Source: Candidatus Nanohalarchaeota archaeon QJJ-7
GTDB taxonomy: Archaea > Nanohalarchaeota > Nanosalinia > Nanosalinales > Nanohalalkaliarchaeaceae
Reading direction: 5' to 3'
DNA: 50,501 nt
Assembly (NCBI GenBank): GCA_022865215.1
Contig: JALIDP010000003.1
Coordinates: forward strand, 1 to 50,501
Of the stretch, positions 44,089 to 50,501 are shown in pieces; position 1 is the first letter of the stretch; each line of letters starts with the position of its first letter. The notes beneath the pieces are model-generated. The model was not told the origin of the DNA. It made no database searches and saw only the letters and a program-made list of their open reading frames with translations. A program made the position numbers and the translations under genes.

Positions 44089-47000
44089 TCAGGTCATGTT
44101 ATCGATCCGGGTCTCCAAGGACTCGACGTACGTCTCGGCCGACGTGTAGTTCGCCGTTTTCAGTTTGTCTTCCGCCAGATCGAGCTCGGTCTCGACATCG
44201 TAGGTATCAACACCCTCTTCCTTGAGATCCTCTATCTCCTCTCTCAGATCGTCTATCCTCTCCTTGATCTCCAGGTACCTGTCCAGCTCCTCGTCGTCAA
44301 GCGCGAACGGGCTGTGCAGGGGCGGTCTGAAGTCGATGAACCATGGACGGCCCTGGTTGTACTCCGGATTGTGGAACAGACCTGTACCGATCTCCAGTCC
44401 TGGAACTCTCTCCGCATACTTCTTACCGTGCTTGGAGCGTACACGTCTCACGTCTCCGCTGTACTTGGTCCTGAGCTGGATCTCGTTCGCGATGTTCGCC
44501 CTCAGCTCGCCCCGGAAGTCGGTCAGCACCTGCGAGATGAGGAACACTCCTATACCCCACTTCCTGAACTCCCGGGCCGCCTGCTCCAGCTTCACGTAAC
44601 CTCCCTTCCCGCCGTACTTCGGAAGAAGCCTGTGGACCTCGTCGTAAATGACCAGGCTCTGCAGTTCTGTGGTCTCGTCCAGCGGCCCCTCGAATATCTT
44701 GTCGATGGTGGAACGCACGAAGTCATCCAGTTCTCCACCTTCAAGGTCACCGATCTCGAAGACCGTTATCTCTCCATCCCTCTGCAGTGCTTCCCAGACA
44801 TCGATCTCCTGGTCAGGGTCGTCCACCTGTACGATAGTGGTCTTGAATCCTGTCGGGGCATCCTCCGGATCCAGATCGTAGTCAGGGAACATCGACGTAA
44901 GTTCATCGAGCTCGTTCGGCTTCAGCATCCCTGTCCACTGATCCGTCGGGTCGAACACTACTATCGATACATCTCCCCGCTTCAGAAGCTGCTCTGACAC
45001 TACCTGGGCAGATACCGACTTGCCGGAACCGGTACCTCCTGCCGCGATGCTGTGGACCTTGAGCTGTTCTATGTCCATGTAGGCAGGTACGTCTCTCTCG
45101 GCGATGTTTCCAACCCTTATAGTGTCCTCTCCCTCCTGGGGCAGCTTGCTCATGTCGAGCGGCGCCACGTACCGCTCCTGTGCCTTCTTCTTGGACCGGT
45201 AGTAGTTCACCCAGCGGACACCGAGTATCAGTAGCGGCAGCAGGACGAACAGTACTATGTAGGTTATCGGGTTGAAGGCCGCCATCCTTAGCATCACCAG
45301 GGGCAGGGGTAGAGAGCTTACCTCGAAGCTCTCCGCCGCAGACGCCTCCTTCTGGAAGTTAGCGTAAGAGGCGTTCGCTGAAACGACGTATCGGCCTTCA
45401 GGCACGTCTTCAGGGATCGACATCCTCTCCCGTTTTGTCTCTGTATCGTTGACCGCCACCGTCCTGGATATCTGGGTCACCACGTTATCCGGCTCGTTGA
45501 GCGGATGGACTTGGAAGTCCATGGTTATATCTCTTACAGAGACGGTCTGGCCCCTGTTCTTCAGGGTGTACTCGAAGGTGAAGTTTCCTCCAGGTTCTGT
45601 AGCTATGGACAGTGGATTGACAAGGACGTCCAGAAGTGCCTCCTCCTCAGGAACTACCTCCACGCTGACAGGAAGTCTGTGCGTTACGTCCTCCGAGTCC
45701 ACGAGTACGCTGCCGGTGTAGGTCCCGACACCGGTGTCCTCTGTCGCGGTACCACGGATCAGTATCGTCCTTGTCTCTAGGGGCGGAATCGTGATACTGT
45801 TCTGCTGGAGGGTCAGGACGTTGAACACCGACCCCTGCAGGGAGATGCTTGCGCTCTTCTCGGCATCCTCATTATTGCTTATAGACGCCGAGAATGTCTT
45901 TGTCTGTCCCGGATTGAGCTGTAGATTTACGAGCGAGGACCTTACCTGGAGTGGGACCTGACCTGAAACATCTGGACCAGGTTCTGTCGGCTCGGTGGGC
46001 TCGGTAGGTTCTACAGGAGGTATCTCGATCTCGTCCCCTGCTCCGCCTCCACCGCCTCCCGTACCTTCACCTTCACCTGTACCGCCGCCTCCACCATCGC
46101 CCCCACCACCTCCACCAGCTCCTCCTTCTCCACCTCCTATATCTCCTCCACCACCTACAACGTCTTCACAGTCGTTAGGTGATACGTCGTTGCTCTCCCC
46201 GAATTCGGAGTCGCAGGCTCCGTCTCCCACGAAGTAGGGTCCGATAGCATATGCCACACCATCTGATATATCCTCATCATAGCTGTATATCCAGCCCTTA
46301 TTGTCGGTCAGGGAAGCATCACTGACCTCTGTCCACGAGGAGTTGCACTGGGTGGTGCCCTCGCTCGCCGGCACCCATGAGTCACACCTGAACATTCGGG
46401 AGTTGTCGGTGTCGAAATCTGAATCTTCCGGTATCCGGACGAACACATGTGTATCGTTCCCAGAGAGGTTGGACTGCATGTAGACAGCGTTACTCGTCCC
46501 CGGTCCGCCAGCCTTCCCGACAGCTATATCTCCGACTCCCACCGGATCTATGATCTCTTCCGATACGGAGATATCTGTCTGCCGGAAGTAGCTGTTGAAG
46601 AACTGGTACTCGAAGTCATAGGTCCTCTGTCTCACTGTCGAGTTGTATTCCCCTGTGGAGGCGTTGGAACTGAAGTTCTGCAGGACCGTGCCTGTAGGAG
46701 GGTCCTTGAACAGGAACTGGCTATCTATAGGCTCAGGAGGATCGTTTTCCACATCCTCAAGGTCCCTCGCAACTCCGCTTATCCCTATCTTCCGGAATAT
46801 ACTGAAGTCTCCGTCTCCTGTCTGGCAGTTACTGGAGATATCGCAGGCTGTCAGGTTGATCTCATATGTACCTATATCGTCCGTGTCTGTGAAGTTGTGC
46901 TGGAAACTGTACCTATCCCTGTAGATATCCATAAGGGCCGGACTGAAGCTGGAAGTCCCGTTCGGTGTCAATATACTTCCCTCTACCGAGGAGGTATTCA

Positions 47001-50000
47001 ACACGCCTGTCTCTGTCACGTTGAACTCTGCGGTCACCTTTGAACCCTCAGAGACCTCTATAGGTAGCGATACATCGACAACAGGAGAGGAATTATCCGC
47101 CATAACCACTGAATCAGAGGTCACATCTGTCCTGACATGGTGCCTGGACCGGTCGTCCACTCCAGTGTGATCTGCTGTAACATTCAGGTCGTACGCGTAA
47201 GCCTCGGTCCCGTTGGCCTCCAGAGTAAGGTTCCATAGGTTCTCTGAATCGTTGAAAGCCTTCTCCACTACTTCCAGATTACGGGTCTCGGTCTCGTTCT
47301 GAAGGGCTGCATCGAAAGCGACGTTATCTCCGATATGCCTTAAATCGTCTCCTCTACCGAAGCTCACGTTCACTCTTGCCGAGAAGTTATCGCCTGTCTG
47401 GAGACCCGTCCTCCTATCACTAGCCCGGGGTTCGGTGATATCGGTGAAGAACGGTACCGCAAGGAGTTCCAGATCAGTTGTCTCTGTCCTGGTAGCGTTG
47501 GGATGGTCTGTGCTCAAAGTTCCAGTGAACGTTGTATAGTCATCCACCATTGGCACGCTCACAGTGACGTTCGTCCGGTTTACTCCGTTGAACGGTAGAT
47601 AGAAGGATGGATGCGGTATATCGATATACTGGGATATATTACCGGTCTGGGAGGCATCCACCCTTATACCATCGTTCCCGGTGTTCTCCATTTCTACGGT
47701 CTCCATAACTTTCTCCTCACCTGACAGCACAGCTTCCGAAACCGATCCCGGGCTCTGCACCCAGGATATGTTTATGGGTACGTTCACCGTCAGGGTATCT
47801 CTCCCAACTTCCTCTCCCTCCGATCTGAACGAGAGGTTGCCAGTGTAGATATCCTTCTTGATACCCTGAGGAACTTCTATCTCGAGATCTATTTCCCGGG
47901 TATCAGCAAGGGAAAGGTTGAACCCTTCAGGTTCCTCTGTCACAGTGAAGTTCTCGCATGGAACCCCTGAATCACATGTTACAGACACGTTCGAAACATT
48001 GACGTTCCCTGTCGATTCGATATCGAACGATACAGTGTCATTGGCGCCTTCTTCTATCTTTGCGGTCGGGGAGGAAACCGCATCCAGCCTCCTGTTCGGT
48101 TCCACCTCTACAGTGACCTCGGAGAGATTGTTCCCACGGGAGTCCAGCAGGTCGAGCCATTCAGTCGTCAGATTGAACGAATGGTTACCCGGGGATGTAC
48201 CGGATTCTACTGAAAGCTCGATGGAGGCTTCCTCAGAGGCGTGCCCCAGCATATCCCCTATACTGATATCGGTCACGTTGGTGTCGAGTACCGGGGATTC
48301 CTCCTCGACGGTCAGGTTAGTTGAATTGGTCCGGGAGGGCCCGGTGTTGTTGACCAGCGGCCTGATGGATATATTCTGGTCGGAGATAATCGTTACGTTG
48401 TCTGCACTGACCGTTCCCAGAACTGGTTCTATCTCGGTCGTTCCTTCGGCACTCAGGTTTATCGGGTCGGTACACCTATCTGATGTCAGTCCTGTAGTCG
48501 GGTTGGTACTGTTGGCGCATATCCTGAGGGCGTGTGTGCCGTTCACTGTGGCGCTGTAATCATCGGTGTAGGTTGAATTGACGGTGTTGTTCATCATCGA
48601 TACTGAGGTGCTGTTACCCCAGCTCCTGTTGACCGGCCGGGTGACGTTTATCCATGCCCTGTCTACATCGAAGTTATCCGTTATCTCAGCAGATATGTTG
48701 ACCTCTCCATGGAGCACCTCGAACCGCTGTGGATCCACCTCCACATCAGTGATGGATGGTCCGACATCCGTGATGTTCATCTTCAGCGAAGTAACCCTCT
48801 CCGGAGGTTCTCCGATAGTCACATTCCTCTTGATTATGTCCACAGAGTACAGCCCTTCTGTCACATCCTCCGGCACACTGTATTCGACCGTGACATTGCG
48901 GCTGGCTCCTGGAGCGAGGTCGTATGCGTCTGTACCTGGAGCACCGAACGGGTATGATTCTGTGAAGGCGGTACCGTTACCGTTCTCGAATATCTGCAGC
49001 GGTATCTTCACGTTACCGATGTTGCTGGTCGATATGTTCCCGATGAACCCTGATTCTCCGGGCTGGATCAGAAGTTTTCCGAACGTGGAGGGATCATGGT
49101 TCCAGGACCCGTTAACAGGCACTGTAGCGTTGAGGAGGATATCATCATCTCCTGCATTATCAGTTTCCACCCTCAGCTTTGTCCAGTAGTTCCCTGGATC
49201 CTGGTAGGATGGAACATCTATCTGCACGTCCGAGGAGAAGTTATCGCCTGGAGACAGTGTGCCCTGCTCGTCCGGGAACACTGTTAGAGAGCAGTTGGGA
49301 CAGTCAGAGAACAGGTTGCCTCCCACGGTGTCTATCTCGAGCTCCTGCAGGTCCTCATTACCGTAAGATACTGTGGTCGTAGTACCAAGAACGGTTTCGA
49401 GCCCGTGCGGGGCGGTAGCGTTTATCGGGTCATCCCACGGCACCTCTTCCTCGTTGACCTCTCTGGCCTCTATCCTCGGCTGGGGATTGGAAGATACTGT
49501 TATCTCGGAATCGTTCCTCTGAGTATCGACCGTCCTGTCCGGGTTCCTCCACACGGCATGTACAGATTTTTCTATTATCTGAGGTAATGTTGCTTCCGGC
49601 ACATTAACCGTGAAAGTCCAGTTACATGAATCTCCGGACTCTATCGAACCGCATTCCTTCCGTGTATCATTGTAATACACGGTATCTATCGGGCTCTCGG
49701 AATGGCTGAGGTTTAATACATAGGCAGTGGCGTTTCCGGTATTCGTAAATCTAGCTTGAGCGGTGAAGTTATAACCCGATTCCTGGGTTATACCTGTTGC
49801 AGTCTCCGCCTGCGGTTCCAGCCCCACGTCTATCGAGACCTGTCCGAATACTTCGAGGTAAGACGCGAACTGCCTGGCCGTGTTCTTCTCCGGTTTCTTG
49901 TCCTGGGCGTATACCTCTATAGAGTGGTTCCCACCGGTACTTGGAGTGTAATTGGCGGCGTAAACAGCTCTTTCACCGGAGCCGAAGTCCCTGACCGGCG

Positions 50001-50501
50001 TCATATTATCCATCTTCACTATGCGGTGGGTCCCGTTCTCCAGAGACACGTTGGCCCATACCTCTCTTATACCGTAGTTATCGGTCACGTTGGCCCGGAT
50101 CTCTGTTTCATCTGTGTTCGCCTCGAGGTCCCGGTCGGGCTCTGCGGTGGCGTTCCTTATGACCGGAGCCTCGATATCCTTCACCTGGTACCTGAAACGG
50201 GTGACCGGTTCCTCTGCAGTGTAGAACTGGGTATCATTGTCCGGTATCTCCAGCTCGAACGTGATATTTCCTTTCTGCTGTGGTTCGAACAGAGTGCTGT
50301 TCAGTCCGGATGAGTTGGTCATGAACGAGTCTATCAACGTGTAACTATCCTCGTCTTCCCACCGGGAGGAGAGGTTGAACCTGTATCCTGAGATACCTCC
50401 TCCTGAGTCAAGGTCCTCCACCTTCCCTACCACGGGAAACTCGCCCGGATAGGGTAGAACTGACTCGTTTTCAGGATTCACTATCCGGGCTCCTGAAAGA
50501 C
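44089..50501 (-). CDS. Giant (>2130 aa) Ig-repeat surface protein fused via TM to a cytoplasmic HerA/FtsK-superfamily (DUF87-like) ATPase; 5'-truncated by window edge
   Basis: Frame stays open to base 50501 (…LSGARIVNPEN). TM at about 45225-45310. ATPase motifs: H-GGTGSGKS, VVFDP, LVIYDEVHR, REFRKWGIG, LISQ and N-x4-I-LR. Confidence 0.9.
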   Translation of the reverse strand, partial: LSGARIVNPENESVLPYPGEFPVVGKVEDLDSGGGISGYRFNLSSRWEDEDSYTLIDSFMTNSSGLNSTLFEPQQKGNITFELEIPDNDTQFYTAEEPVTRFRYQVKDIEAPVIRNATAEPDRDLEANTDETEIRANVTDNYGIREVWANVSLENGTHRIVKMDNMTPVRDFGSGERAVYAANYTPSTGGNHSIEVYAQDKKPEKNTARQFASYLEVFGQVSIDVGLEPQAETATGITQESGYNFTAQARFTNTGNATAYVLNLSHSESPIDTVYYNDTRKECGSIESGDSCNWTFTVNVPEATLPQIIEKSVHAVWRNPDRTVDTQRNDSEITVSSNPQPRIEAREVNEEEVPWDDPINATAPHGLETVLGTTTTVSYGNEDLQELEIDTVGGNLFSDCPNCSLTVFPDEQGTLSPGDNFSSDVQIDVPSYQDPGNYWTKLRVETDNAGDDDILLNATVPVNGSWNHDPSTFGKLLIQPGESGFIGNISTSNIGNVKIPLQIFENGNGTAFTESYPFGAPGTDAYDLAPGASRNVTVEYSVPEDVTEGLYSVDIIKRNVTIGEPPERVTSLKMNITDVGPSITDVEVDPQRFEVLHGEVNISAEITDNFDVDRAWINVTRPVNRSWGNSTSVSMMNNTVNSTYTDDYSATVNGTHALRICANSTNPTTGLTSDRCTDPINLSAEGTTEIEPVLGTVSADNVTIISDQNISIRPLVNNTGPSRTNSTNLTVEEESPVLDTNVTDISIGDMLGHASEEASIELSVESGTSPGNHSFNLTTEWLDLLDSRGNNLSEVTVEVEPNRRLDAVSSPTAKIEEGANDTVSFDIESTGNVNVSNVSVTCDSGVPCENFTVTEEPEGFNLSLADTREIDLEIEVPQGIKKDIYTGNLSFRSEGEEVGRDTLTVNVPINISWVQSPGSVSEAVLSGEEKVMETVEMENTGNDGIRVDASQTGNISQYIDIPHPSFYLPFNGVNRTNVTVSVPMVDDYTTFTGTLSTDHPNATRTETTDLELLAVPFFTDITEPRASDRRTGLQTGDNFSARVNVSFGRGDDLRHIGDNVAFDAALQNETETRNLEVVEKAFNDSENLWNLTLEANGTEAYAYDLNVTADHTGVDDRSRHHVRTDVTSDSVVMADNSSPVVDVSLPIEVSEGSKVTAEFNVTETGVLNTSSVEGSILTPNGTSSFSPALMDIYRDRYSFQHNFTDTDDIGTYEINLTACDISSNCQTGDGDFSIFRKIGISGVARDLEDVENDPPEPIDSQFLFKDPPTGTVLQNFSSNASTGEYNSTVRQRTYDFEYQFFNSYFRQTDISVSEEIIDPVGVGDIAVGKAGGPGTSNAVYMQSNLSGNDTHVFVRIPEDSDFDTDNSRMFRCDSWVPASEGTTQCNSSWTEVSDASLTDNKGWIYSYDEDISDGVAYAIGPYFVGDGACDSEFGESNDVSPNDCEDVVGGGGDIGGGEGGAGGGGGGDGGGGGTGEGEGTGGGGGGAGDEIEIPPVEPTEPTEPTEPGPDVSGQVPLQVRSSLVNLQLNPGQTKTFSASISNNEDAEKSASISLQGSVFNVLTLQQNSITIPPLETRTILIRGTATEDTGVGTYTGSVLVDSEDVTHRLPVSVEVVPEEEALLDVLVNPLSIATEPGGNFTFEYTLKNRGQTVSVRDITMDFQVHPLNEPDNVVTQISRTVAVNDTETKRERMSIPEDVPEGRYVVSANASYANFQKEASAAESFEVSSLPLPLVMLRMAAFNPITYIVLFVLLPLLILGVRWVNYYRSKKKAQERYVAPLDMSKLPQEGEDTIRVGNIAERDVPAYMDIEQLKVHSIAAGGTGSGKSVSAQVVSEQLLKRGDVSIVVFDPTDQWTGMLKPNELDELTSMFPDYDLDPEDAPTGFKTTIVQVDDPDQEIDVWEALQRDGEITVFEIGDLEGGELDDFVRSTIDKIFEGPLDETTELQSLVIYDEVHRLLPKYGGKGGYVKLEQAAREFRKWGIGVFLISQVLTDFRGELRANIANEIQLRTKYSGDVRRVRSKHGKKYAERVPGLEIGTGLFHNPEYNQGRPWFIDFRPPLHSPFALDDEELDRYLEIKERIDDLREEIEDLKEEGVDTYDVETELDLAEDKLKTANYTSAETYVESLETRIDNMT
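45978..46155 (-). repeat. Gly-rich linker and (EPT)n repeat inside the giant protein
   Basis: GGGGDIGGGEGGAGGGGGGDGGGGGTGEGEGTGGGGGGAG followed by VEPTEPTEPTEP. Confidence 0.85.

Noticed and set aside
44056-44997. 313-aa plus-strand ORF
   Set aside because: Antisense shadow of the ATPase domain; not acidic and has no motifs.
44089-45130. Ordinary DNA-repair HerA or a conjugative/viral packaging ATPase
   Set aside because: It is fused to a TM and a giant ectodomain, and I recognise no nurA/mre11/rad50, relaxase or capsid genes nearby. A final call needs a phylogeny.
31535-49189. Many 100-230 aa Ser/Thr-rich opposite-strand ORFs (e.g. 31535-32236, 36834-37451, 37671-38294, 47918-48559)
   Set aside because: Expected shadows of Glu/Asp-rich genes, fully overlapped by better-supported CDSs.
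49560-49800. Short lower-GC patch in the ATPase giant
   Set aside because: Only about 250 bp and inconsistent between lines (23-31 G+C per 60); too weak without computation.

Overview
Gene-dense archaeal chromosome segment with a very acidic (D/E-rich, salt-in) proteome, TATA-like boxes about 25 bp before many apparently leaderless starts, and a gene set that looks like a halophilic DPANN archaeon (Nanohaloarchaeota-like; the taxonomy is inference). It has four blocks. (1) 1-12.2 kb: a partial EndoQ-type PHP nuclease, then a minus-strand cluster of five paralogous lipoproteins and several unknown membrane proteins, interrupted by a DUF63 gene. (2) 12.2-20.2 kb: housekeeping genes (pelota, FUN14, tRNA-Ser(GCT), PRC-barrel, threonine synthase, PAC2 chaperone, ADP-forming acetyl-CoA synthetase beta and alpha). 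(3) 20.2-27.2 kb: a disulfide/redox cluster (two DsbA, DoxX, a CxxC membrane protein, a DsbC-N-like protein; three of its genes start with a C2H2 zinc finger) and two divergent wHTH-like proteins. (4) 27.2-50.5 kb: the best candidate for an undescribed system. It has two paralogous giant sequon-rich Ig-repeat surface proteins (1994 aa and >2130 aa). The larger one is fused through a membrane segment to a cytoplasmic HerA/FtsK-superfamily ATPase. The block also holds five smaller surface proteins, two MinD ATPases (one HTH-fused) and two long coiled-coil proteins, and several of these share short helical modules. I infer a positioned host-attachment/translocation apparatus. I saw no CRISPR array, transposase, integrase or rRNA. 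All family calls are by-eye motif recognition, not database searches.
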